A stretch of DNA of 64,000 nucleotides from an uncultured Bacillaceae bacterium (lineage in GTDB: Bacteria; Bacillota; Bacilli; Bacillales; Cytobacillaceae): positions 33,651 to 97,650 of the forward strand of contig CAVPUE010000010.1 of NCBI GenBank assembly GCA_963708895.1, read 5' to 3'. The position numbers and the translations under genes are program-made. The notes beneath the pieces were generated by a model, which made no database searches, was not told the DNA's origin, and saw only the letters and a list, made by a program, of their open reading frames with translations. Numbering within the stretch: the stretch's first letter is position 1; each line of letters starts with the position of its first letter. Below, one piece after another: positions 1 through 9,765 of this stretch.

Positions 1-905
1 ATTTGTTCATTATCCATAAACGTTCCGATTCCATTCGGATTGGCATAAACTTGAGAATCACTTTCTATAAGCGCAAATAATGGTGATATCGATTGATCTG
101 GCTTTTGAAATATGTTTCTTAACTCATTACTTAAAGCGTAATCTGTAATCCCATCGATTCCTGCTTGTAAATAAGATGCCTTTTTCTCAGGATCAGTATC
201 CTTTACTTCACCTAAAAGATAAAAGGATTCTTTCAATGCTTTCACTTCTTGTGAAAAATTCTTTAAAAAGCTTTCAGGAACCTCATCTAAAAAAAGGAGA
301 CGATATCCGTCAAGATCTGTTTCTTCAATCCACCATTTTGCGGCATCCATCATATATTGATTAACTTCACGGTTATCAAGATTTATTTCTAGTAAATTTT
401 GTTGAGCTACTTTCACCCCCTGGGGTTTTAGCCACCCCTCTTTGGCAGGATCAGTCATCCAGGAATGATTTAGACTTACATACTTAACCCCAAAGTCAAT
501 CATGACTTTCATATCGCGATTATGTGCCTCCGCTACCAATCTCTGAAACTCTTCGATTGTTCCAAAGTGTTCATCTGTTTGATAAAAGTCATTTACCCCA
601 TAGCCTTGATAATTTCCATCTCCATGATCAAATATCGGTGATAATGAAATGGTTGTAAATCCCATTTCTCTTATGTAATCTAACTTATCAATAATGCCTA
701 GAAAATCTCCACCATGATAGGTAGCGGGATCCTCCATATTGACATCCTGATCATTGCTTTGATCGGCGTTATGAAAACGATCGATCATGATAGAATAAAT
801 TGTTTCATCCTGCCACTGCCTGTCCATTTTTTCATCAGCATGGGCAGGGAAACTGTTTGTCAACAGATAAAATAATATGATGAAAATAGAAATTGCCTTT
901 TTCAC
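1..905 (-). CDS. Secreted GH13 alpha-amylase-family protein with aberrant catalytic motifs (runs off the window edge)
   Basis: Hand translation from GTG at 905: MKKAISIFIILFYLLTNSFPAHADEKMDRQWQDETIYSIMIDRFHNAD...YHGGDFLGIIDKLDYIREMGFTTISLSP...DGYRLLFLDEV...FYLLGEV...TFMDNEQ. Signal-peptide-like N-terminus. Absent from the ORF track because there is no stop in the window. Confidence 0.9.
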   Translation of the reverse strand, partial: MKKAISIFIILFYLLTNSFPAHADEKMDRQWQDETIYSIMIDRFHNADQSNDQDVNMEDPATYHGGDFLGIIDKLDYIREMGFTTISLSPIFDHGDGNYQGYGVNDFYQTDEHFGTIEEFQRLVAEAHNRDMKVMIDFGVKYVSLNHSWMTDPAKEGWLKPQGVKVAQQNLLEINLDNREVNQYMMDAAKWWIEETDLDGYRLLFLDEVPESFLKNFSQEVKALKESFYLLGEVKDTDPEKKASYLQAGIDGITDYALSNELRNIFQKPDQSISPLFALIESDSQVYANPNGIGTFMDNEQ

Positions 906-1024
906 GTTAACCCCTCACATCCTATGTATTTTTATTATATTTTAAACTGTCCATTCTCTAAGACTAGCTTTTTACTTTGATATCGTCAACGAAAAATACT
1001 ATTATTTATAAACATTCAAAATTT

Positions 1025-1159
1025 TCATTTTCCATAGATCAAAAATAAGAAACCCAAAGAAAAGATCACGAACACCTTCTGAAATACTTTAGTGTCAGAA
1101 TGACCATGAAAGGAATATCCTTTTAGTAGCAGTTCTTTTTCGAAAATCTTCTGTAACAT
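1025..1159 (-). CDS. Putative 44-aa small membrane protein (not in ORF track)
   Basis: ATG at 1159 preceded by AGGTGTGG. Product MLQKIFEKELLLKGYSFHGHSDTKVFQKVFVIFSLGFLFLIYGK, with a hydrophobic C-terminal stretch. Confidence 0.5.
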   Translation of the reverse strand: MLQKIFEKELLLKGYSFHGHSDTKVFQKVFVIFSLGFLFLIYGK

Positions 1160-1206
1160 TCCACACCTAAATTTTCTCAAAACCATTAGCATGACTTTCT
1201 TAATAC

Positions 1207-1233
1207 AGTCTATGCAAATAAGTAAAAATGGTT
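1207..1233 (-). promoter_or_regulatory. SigmaK-like (mother-cell) promoter upstream of the 44-aa ORF
   Basis: AACC-15 nt-CATAGACT on the minus strand, resembling the AC-N15/16-CATAnnnT consensus. Confidence 0.35.
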
Positions 1234-1375
1234 AATCGCCCTGAAAATTTATAAACGTGTTTAAAACAGAAGAAATATGTCTAGAAATAGAAATGCTGAA
1301 ATAACTTCATCGATTAAAAATGAGAGGAAAATGACATCATGAATTAGGTGTTCTTTTTGGAGGTGTTTCGAATCT

Positions 1376-1936
1376 TTGGAAAAACAACAACGCAATAAAC
1401 TCATCCAACATCAACAGCGTGCCTTTAATGAGGGGACTGTTGAATATATAAATGATCAGTGGGTATTTTTTGATGATGAAACAGAAGAAGCCACATTATT
1501 AAATATATGGATCCACGAAGAGATAGAAGTTTTCCATTTTAATCGTTGGCGTAAAGGTAGATTGAAAAATGATGGGATGATTCAATTGAGTCGTGATGAA
1601 TACCATCTAAAAGATCAGGATTTAATTAGAATTCGAAAACGACTCGTTTTTTCCTTAGAACAATTACTTATAGAAGTGAATGATGAAGCCTTTTGTCAAT
1701 TTATCATCACATTAAATTCGATGAATTTTTCGATTTATGATTGCATTTATTGCTACAACCACTTAACCTTTCTCAACGAGAGTATGCAAAAGAATGGAGT
1801 TAACTTTATTATTTTTGATAATGGTGATAACATTTGCACGGTCCAGCATCATTTCGTTTATTATGAAAATAAAAGTGATCGATTTGAATTCACCTTAAAT
1901 ACAGGGAAAAGAATGGTCATTGAGAAGATTGGATAA
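1376..1936 (+). CDS. DUF2777 / YisN-like protein
   Basis: 186 aa, TTG start after GGAGGTG. Recognisable family sequence (EGTVEYINDQWVFFDDETEEA...DRFEFTLNTGKR) next to the yisL homologue. Confidence 0.75.
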   Translation: MEKQQRNKLIQHQQRAFNEGTVEYINDQWVFFDDETEEATLLNIWIHEEIEVFHFNRWRKGRLKNDGMIQLSRDEYHLKDQDLIRIRKRLVFSLEQLLIEVNDEAFCQFIITLNSMNFSIYDCIYCYNHLTFLNESMQKNGVNFIIFDNGDNICTVQHHFVYYENKSDRFEFTLNTGKRMVIEKIG

Positions 1937-1942
1937 AGACAC

Positions 1943-1975
1943 AAAAAGAAGGCCTGCATAGAAGCCTTCTTTTTT
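1943..1975. terminator. Bidirectional intrinsic terminator
   Basis: AAAAAGAAGGC-loop-GCCTTCTTTTT between convergent genes. Confidence 0.85.
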
Positions 1976-1979
1976 GTAT

Positions 1980-2336
1980 CTAATTAAAATAAAATCCCTG
2001 AGGTAAAGTGAATCCTAAATAGACAACACCTATGAAAGCAACAATCAATAAAATCCATGCCAAGCTTGCAGACTTTCCTTTTGAGGTTTGAGCTAAAACC
2101 ATTTCAAAGAATCCAATGACGAGTAAACCTAATATCGTTTTAACCCAATACATCCCAGGAATGACAGCCATGTTAGAAATTAACATACCACCTGTTACAA
2201 TTATTAATAGATAAAATACGCGTAAAATCATTACAACAATTTTGTAAGGACGTTGTTTTTCATTTTTATGTAGGACAATCGCAACAATAAATAAAATTAA
2301 TGCTATTAGCCATGTAGTAATATGTGCATGTGTCAT
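1980..2336 (-). CDS. yisL: YisL / UPF0344 (DUF1516) membrane protein
   Basis: 118 aa, four hydrophobic segments, MTHAHITTW start typical of YisL. Confidence 0.85.
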   Translation of the reverse strand: MTHAHITTWLIALILFIVAIVLHKNEKQRPYKIVVMILRVFYLLIIVTGGMLISNMAVIPGMYWVKTILGLLVIGFFEMVLAQTSKGKSASLAWILLIVAFIGVVYLGFTLPQGFYFN

Positions 2337-2424
2337 TTTTTATCTACCTCCTCCTATAAATTCCCCTATTATCATACCATACGCATTTGGAAAAACCTAT
2401 TGATATGGTGTTTACCACACATAT

Positions 2425-3625
2425 TCAACTTACATCTCTACCTAATTTTTGCTTGCTCTTATAAGTGAAATTTCTCCATACCCATTCAAGTGGTCCATAG
2501 TAAAAATATTTTAAGCCATAGCGTGCTAAATACGAGTTGACTGCCATAGATAATTAGCACAAGAAGGGTTCCAGAAGCAACCGATACCTGCCCGTAAAGT
2601 CCTAAACCATATTGATAAAAAATGAGTGTAGATAGGATTGATTGAAACAAATAATGACTAAAGGACATTCTTCCAACGGATGAGATGACAGTGACAAATT
2701 TATGTAACCATTTTGTTTCTGCAAGATGGGCAATCATCAGCCCATATGAAATCGCTAAAAGCGGTCCCCCAAACATATCTTGCATATAATAAGTCGCTAA
2801 ATTAGCGGTTCCCAAATATGGCGTTAGTTTAAAGAATAACCCTAAAATAAACGTAATAAAAAAAGCAATCATAAAACCTTTTCGATATTGACTAGTCTTT
2901 TCAAACCATTTGTACTTTGCTGCCCCACCTCCGATTAAAAAAAGCGGAAATAGCGTGAATAGCATTAAGATTAATCCCAAAATATTATTCGTGTAACTCC
3001 AATCAGCGATTCGCTGCTTCGTGATCTCCAAAAAGGTTCCATATTGATAAACATCCACCGATTGTGAAGCTAATAGAGGAACAGAAACCGTTGACTCCGC
3101 TCCAGGCATCAACAAAACAGCCATGCCTAACAAACCAAGTAGCAGTAGATTGGGCAAAAGATAAAAGATACTTCCGAGCACCAGCATTTTCTTTCCACTT
3201 AATTTTATAAACAACAGAAAAATGAAACCGAGCAAAGCATAATTAAATAAAATATCTCCATGCCAAACGAAAATCGCATGAGCAAGTCCTACAATCAGTA
3301 AGAAAAACAGCCTTCTTAAGGCAATAGGATAAAAGGAAAGTCCTTTTTGCTGCGTCTTTTCCGATAACATGACAAGTCCGTAGCCAAAAAGCATTGAAAA
3401 TAATGGATAAAAGCTAGCTTGTATAAAAATATCTATAAACATATAAATCCCTTGATCAAGAGGATCTTCCCACCACTCTAATGGCTCTATATACAAAAAC
3501 GGTGTATGAAACGATAACATATTGACTAAAAAAATGCCTAAAATAGCAAATCCTCTTATTATGTCTAAAGAAACAATTCGATCTTTTTCCTTCAATTTGA
3601 AGAAGTTGTTCGTTCCATAATCCAA
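2425..3625 (-). CDS. DUF418 (YeiB-like) membrane protein, +1 frameshift near the 3' end
   Basis: RIVSLDIIRGFAILGIFLVN and WHGDILFNYALLG motifs. Removing one A near 2507 restores the family C-terminus YFYYGPLEWVWRNFTY and a stop at 2425. Confidence 0.85.
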
Positions 3626-3772
3626 CTCACTTTTAATTTATTAAGTTAAAGATAACTATTCTATTAAATATAAATTCTAAGATAAAAACTATTATCCTTG
3701 TTTTCATTTGATTCTGCATATAAGGATAAAATTAACATACTTATAATCAAACCCTACCATACTACAAAATTT

Positions 3773-3800
3773 CACCTTTTTTCCATCAATTCATACAATA
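3773..3800 (+). promoter_or_regulatory. SigmaK promoter of the gerP operon
   Basis: CACC-15 nt-CATACAATA. gerP is sigmaK-dependent in B. subtilis. Confidence 0.7.
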
Positions 3801-3873
3801 TAAAAAACTGGGCAAAGAATTCAAATGTTACGGATTCCTATTCCAAATTCAATAACATTAAAGGGTGTTATAA

Positions 3874-4097
3874 ATGCCAGCTATTGTAGGTGTTGTTCAA
3901 GTTATCAAATATCAGTTCTGCTTCTGTTTTCCATATTGGTGATACTTTTAAAATATCGGCTAACTTCTAATGCAAAAACATTTGCCGGAGCAGGTTCTTT
4001 TAATACAGGGGATAACGTACAATTACAAAACTATCAAAGTGCAACAAATACATTCGATTAAGATAATATAGATCAGGGTAATTTCTTTAATGTATAA
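3874..4097 (+). CDS. gerPA: Spore germination protein GerPA (frameshifted as written)
   Basis: [11 protein letters not shown]...SASVFHIGD...[16 protein letters not shown]...DQGNFFNV across frames. Two +1 shifts and one in-frame TAA. Confidence 0.85.
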
Positions 4098-4157
4098 ATA
4101 ACTTTTCGTTACTTTTACAAAATCTCATATATGACAAATAATAAAGTGGTGATTTTA

Positions 4158-4388
4158 ATGAATCTTTATGTTCAACAATCCATAACCATTCAATTCTTAA
4201 AAGTAAACAGTGTGACAAACTCTTCTGTTCTTCAAATTGGAAGTGCAGGAATTATTAAACCAGCTACTAATTTGTATAACACAGGTGGATTTACAGGTGC
4301 AGCTCCTCAAATACAAGGACCGATTCCAATTACCGCTGGATTTCACCAGACCGCACCATTGGTTCCTTTGACATCTACAAGTGGATAA
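4158..4388 (+). CDS. gerPB: Spore germination protein GerPB
   Basis: MNLYVQQSITIQFLKVNSVTNSSVLQIGSAG, intact. Confidence 0.9.
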   Translation: MNLYVQQSITIQFLKVNSVTNSSVLQIGSAGIIKPATNLYNTGGFTGAAPQIQGPIPITAGFHQTAPLVPLTSTSG

Positions 4389-4496
4389 GGTCCCATGAAG
4401 TTATGAATCTCAACTGACATTCTTAGTTTCCAGAGAGACAAATAATCTTTGAAAAAATTATTTCATATGGAAAGAGAGTATCGAGAGGTGGGAACG

Positions 4497-5142
4497 ATGA
4501 ATCAGGATATTTATCAAATACTCCAATCCATGCAAACCTATATATATAATCAAGATAAAGTTAATACGAGATCTGCAAAAAAAAATTCAGTCATTAGAGG
4601 AAGCGGTATCAGAAATTCAGAAATCGACCTCCTGTTCAAATTGAACGCATGGAATATAAATTTGATCAATTAAAAGTCGAAACACTTGAGGGTACTTTAA
4701 ATATTGGACTTAAATCCATCTGATTTACAAGGCATAGAGGATTATTCAGTACCTAATGGTAAGGGTAAAGGCCCGGTCATGGTCAGAGTCATGGCAGGTA
4801 GGGACCTCTTGAACCAAAGGAAAGAATGTCTATGTTTACAGAATTAGAAAGTTCGACTAACCAATATCTTGATGAAAATCTTCAGTCCATTATAGTAGAC
4901 ACATGTGAGCAATTGAAATATAAAGTTGATGAAACTTATCATGATTTTATTCTTCAAGATATTAAAAGACAACTTCCTAACTAGAATAGAATCTTATTTA
5001 AATCAACCTGTGAAAAATGGACAAACGAAAGAACAACAAAAAGAATGGATTGTTGAACAATTAAAAAAAGAAATTCAAAATGGTGTGTTAACCTTTCTGC
5101 AAACATTTACCCGAAAATATGAATGGAGAGAAATCAGAATGA
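4497..5142 (+). CDS. gerPC: Spore germination protein GerPC (about six single-base shifts as written)
   Basis: MNQDIYQILQSMQTYI...IERMEYKFDQLKVETLEGTLNIGL(N)PSD...ILQDIKRQLP..RIESYL, reconstructed across frames. Confidence 0.85.
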
Positions 5143-5313
5143 ATTTTGAAGTTGTAAACCGTGATATTTGTGTTGGTCATATTAATGTGCTTGGTGTTTC
5201 AAGTTCCTCGGTTTTAATGGTTGGGGATACCAATTCCATTCAGCTTACTTCTCTGTTTGATACTCCGCCAGAATCATTAATTATTGGTCCATTTGTACCA
5301 TTAGGTACTCTAA
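5139..5313 (+). CDS. gerPD: Spore germination protein GerPD (stop read through by a shift)
   Basis: MNFEVVNRDICVGHINVLGVSSSSVLMVGD...LFDTPPESLIIGPFVPL. ATGA overlap with gerPC. Confidence 0.85.
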
Positions 5314-5716
5314 TGTTAACAAGAATATCAAAAGTCGCAACATTAAGGTCAAATCAGTCATTTTTGCCTCTACTCTCCAAATTGGTGATTCAAACGAAAT
5401 TAATGGTTTGACCCGTGTTCTTGCTGTCCAAAGACAAAGGGAAGTATTTTTTAGTAATGAAGGAGACTTTTCTTTATTTAAAATTTTTTCCTATCCACTT
5501 CCACTACCACCTATAAATGAACCGATAACTATCCATACAACTTCACCCAATCCGATTATTAAAGTAGGCTCAATTGATGTAACTGCGCTCAGTACCTCAG
5601 CATTTATGCATATTGGAAATACTGAACATATTCACATGGAAACTAGAGTTTTACACATTAGACAAATAGAGACTGTTAATGAACCAATCAACCATACTGG
5701 AGAGGAGGAGGGATAA
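5313..5716 (+). CDS. gerPE: Spore germination protein GerPE (one shift)
   Basis: MLTRISKV...KVKSVIFASTLQIGDS...AVQRQREVF...ETRVLHIRQ. Confidence 0.85.
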
Positions 5717-5717
5717 G

Positions 5718-5937
5718 ATGCCTGCATTTGTTGGTCCTGTTCAAATTCATAAACATTGGTGGAGGAAATGTTCAATTTGGTGATGCCTTAAATATTTCAC
5801 CAAAAAGTAATTCAAAATCAAATTTAGGTTCAGGTGCTGGAAATACTGGTGCATTCGTCATGACGAACAATGGAATCAGTGCAACAAATCATATTGATAA
5901 TAATTTAATCGACCAGCCAAACGTTGGAAATAATTAA
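5718..5937 (+). CDS. gerPF: Spore germination protein GerPF (one shift)
   Basis: MPAFVGPVQI/INIGGGNVQFGDALNISPKSNSK...GSGAGNTG...DQPNVGNN. Confidence 0.88.
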
Positions 5938-5978
5938 AAAAACGGTAGGGTAAATTGAATTTCCTTACCGTTTTTTTT
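5936..5978. terminator. Bidirectional terminator between gerPF and addA
   Basis: AAAAAAACGGTAGGG...CCTTACCGTTTTTTTT. Confidence 0.85.
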
Positions 5979-5980
5979 AA

Positions 5981-8900
5981 TTATTTTTCCAATTTCAATA
6001 TATGTGCACCATCAAAGAAAAACAAATAACGTTCGACAACTGGTCGTTTATAAATTTGTTCAATGGCTTTTGTATAAAGATCAATCTGAACTCTATAACG
6101 TTTTTCTAGGATGGGTCTAGCCTCTTCATAAATCCACCTTTAAAACGATCGGTTATTCCATCTGTTTTATAGTCAACCAGAATTAATCCTCTTTCATCTT
6201 CAAATAAACAGTCGATAATCCCTTGGACAAGAACAGGCTCATCTTCTCCCTTCCAGTCTGCATAAGCGACACTTGCTGGAATGCATAAACTGAATGGAAC
6301 CTCTCGATCTAGTTTTTTCGCTACTGCTTATTCGCTGTCCTAAGTCTGATTGAACAAAGGCGATTAATAAATCTGGGTTAATCACTTCTACTTGCTCTAC
6401 TGTAAGGAGTTCTTTCCCAACCATGTTTTGCAACAGTTTTTCAATTGTTTCATGATCAATCTGTTCTGAAAACGGCATATGCTGCATCACCATATGCATG
6501 GCCGTTCCAATTTCTGCTGGAGATAATGCTTTTTCCTGCATAAATCGTGGTCTGTTCATTAATGGCTTTTTGAACTTCCGGATCATTTCTGTCCCGCTTC
6601 CTTCATCCGCCACTTCTCTTTGACGCTTGATTTCCGAAACGGATTGCTTAGAACGGTGTGATGAAGCACTAGAAAATGGATAGTTCCATGAAAGACGCTC
6701 AAAAATCTCATTTTTATTGGAAGATTCTTTAGGATATGATTTACCTTCTGTCACGCTTTCTAACCACGTTTCATCGATTGCATCCATTTCTTCATCTATC
6801 CTGACATCATTTGACTTGATCACTTGAATTTTCCAACAAGATGGATGCTGGACTAATTCTTCCGGAATCAGTGCTGATGGCTGAACTTCTTCAGCAAACA
6901 AAGTTTGACTGTCTTGATGTCGGACAAGTGAAGGTCCTACCCAATCAAGATAACTTCCCGCAGAAGCACGTTCGTAATCCTTTAAAAGCCACTCACTGTG
7001 ATTCAGATTTTGTTCCCATTTTTCTAGTTTCTTTTGCAAACTTTTAACAGAAGATAGTAAAAATAATTTCTCTTTTGCTCTTGTTAAAGCTACATATAAA
7101 ACACGCATTTCTTCTGCTAGCATTTCCATCTTTTTCTTTCTTTTAAAAGCCAGTTGCGGCAAGGATGGATACGTAATTCTTTTATCAACATTGACATATT
7201 TCGTAGCAAAACCGAACTCTTTATCAAGTAAATACGGTTTTCTCAAATCCATCGTGTTAAAACTTCTGCCTAATCCTGCAACAAAAACAACTGGAAATTC
7301 TAGACCTTTACTGCTATGAATCGTCATCAAGCGAACAACATCCTCTTGTTCTCCTAAGGCACGAGCTGCACCTAAATCATCTCCCCGCTCTTGCATTCTT
7401 TCAATAAAACGTAGAAAGCGGAACAATCCCCGAAACGAAGTGGCCTCGTATTGTCGTGCACGGTCATATAAAGCTCGTAAATTTGCTTGCCGCTGTTTAC
7501 CACCAGGTAGTCCTCCTACATAATCGTAAAAATGAGTGTCCCGATAAAGCTGCCAGATTAATGCAGCCAAGGAGCCTTGTCTTGCCATCGATCGCCATTC
7601 ATTTAACATCAAGAAAAACGGCTTCACTCTGTCATAGATAGATTCATGATCACCTGCTGGTTTTTGGGTGCAAAACGAGGAAAGAGCATCATAAAAAGCA
7701 CCGTTTTTTTGCTCTATTCGAATAACTGCCAACTCATCTTCATGTAAACCAACAATAGGTGAGCGAAGTACGGATGCCAACGGAATATCCTGATAGGGAT
7801 TATCAATGACTTTTAACAAGGACATCATAATCGTGATTTCGGTTGCTTGAAAATACCCTGTCGATAAATTTGCATATATGGGAATTCCTTGTTGCTTAAA
7901 TTCCTCCATAATTTGTGGTGCCCATGTCATGGACCGAAGTAAAATAACGATATCACGATACATAATAGGTCGACTGCTTTTTGTTTTCGGATTATAAATC
8001 GAAGCACGCTCCGTAATGATCGTTTTAATTTTATTGGCCATTACTCTTGCTTCAAGCTGCGACTGCTCTAACTCTACTACATCAAAAACATTGTCGTTTT
8101 CCTCAGTATTTTCTGCTTCTGTCACATCACTTCATCATTTTCAAGATCAACAATTAGCAATTCAACGGGATAGGGTTCATCTTCAGGGTACGCTGCTCCT
8201 TTAATCAGTTCTGCGGCTTCATTGTATTCAATTTCCCCAACACTAACCCCCATGATTTGTTTAAATAAATAATTGGTTCCACTTAAAACTTCTTTTCTAC
8301 TACGGAAGTTTCGCGCCAAATCAATTTTTAACCCCGTGTTCTCTCCATTGCTTGTAAATTGATTATATTTACCAAGAAAAAGATTAGGTTCTGCAAGACG
8401 AAAACGATAAATCGATTGCTTTACGTCGCCTACCATAAAGAGATTTCCCGTACTTTCACCATCCTTCGAAACAAGCCCGATAATCGCTTCCTGAACCATA
8501 TTAACGTCTTGATATTCATCAACGAGTACCTCTTTGAAGGTATCACGATAATGAAGAGCAGCTTCTGAAGGAGCGAGAATGCCTTCTCGTTTGGCAGATG
8601 GATCGAGTAAAATATCAAGGCAGAAATGCTCTAAATCCGCAAAGTCCACTAACCCTTTTTCCGTTTTTACGATATTGAATTTATCGGAAAAGCACTGAAC
8701 CAATTCGACCAGTGTTTGTATTAACGGTCTCATTTCTGTCATATCACGAAGAAAACTTTCTGGTTTACGATTAAATAATTCATCTTGAATCGCTTTCAGC
8801 TTTTTCTTGGCATCATCCCGTAATTTTTGTGCTCGATCCATTAAGGACTTATCATATTCATCACCTTTACACGTTTTAGCCCGTGAAAAAGTCCAGTTCT

Positions 8901-9765
8901 GCATATTTTCATATAATGCATTCCAAGATTCCTTACTTGCCACGAGCATCCTATCAAGAATTTGCAGGTCGTCCAGAAAGTTTTCTGCTCTTGGTGCAGG
9001 TCCTCCTGGCTGCTTCGTTAGTTCGAGGCCAGCCTCGAGCATTTCTCTAATTCCTTCTAACTGTAACTGGGTATCAAACCGCAACGATTCCATGAATGGC
9101 AGTTCTTCCAAATTGCTAACAGAATCTACTTTATACATATTTACGATGTCTTTTAAATATTTTTCTGGTGATGGATTCGCACGCGCAAAATCATAAAGAT
9201 CACGAATGATATCCATTAATGCTAGATCACTACGATCATTCGTAAAACTATCTACTAAACGGAAAAAACGTTCATTATCCGGCTTTCCATATTCCTCTTC
9301 AAATAATTCATCAAGTACTTCATCCCGTAATAACTGTGCCTCTGTTGAATCAGCGATTCTAAAACCTGGATCAATATCGATTAAATAATAATATTTTCGA
9401 ATGACATCTAAACAAAAGGAGTGAAGAGTTGAAATCGATGCTCGATTTAATAAACTTAATTGTTTTCGTAAATGAGTAGAAGTCGGATCTTCATTAATCG
9501 CTTTTTCTAGTGCTTCACTAATTCGATTTCTCATTTCAGCTGCTGAAGCATTCGTAAAAGTAACAACTAATAGTTCATCCACATTTATTGGATTTTCCTT
9601 TGATAACACTTTTTTAATCATTCTCTCAACCAATACAGCTGTTTTTCCAGATCCTGCAGCAGCGGCAACTAATATATCTTGACCATAGGCCATGATCGCT
9701 TTCCATTGATCATCTGTCCATGTCACATTTTCAGGTTTAGGAGGTATTTTACTCGCCGTCATCAC
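5981..9765 (-). CDS. addA: Helicase-nuclease AddAB subunit A (split at about 8125 and 6315 by single-base shifts)
   Basis: Walker [37 protein letters not shown] and C-terminal QGIIDC...LVDYKTD nuclease motif, continuous after two homopolymer corrections. Confidence 0.97.

Noticed and set aside
4926-5411. Apparent gerPC-gerPD-gerPE fusion ORF of 161 aa
   Set aside because: Created by frameshifts joining three separate gerP frames.
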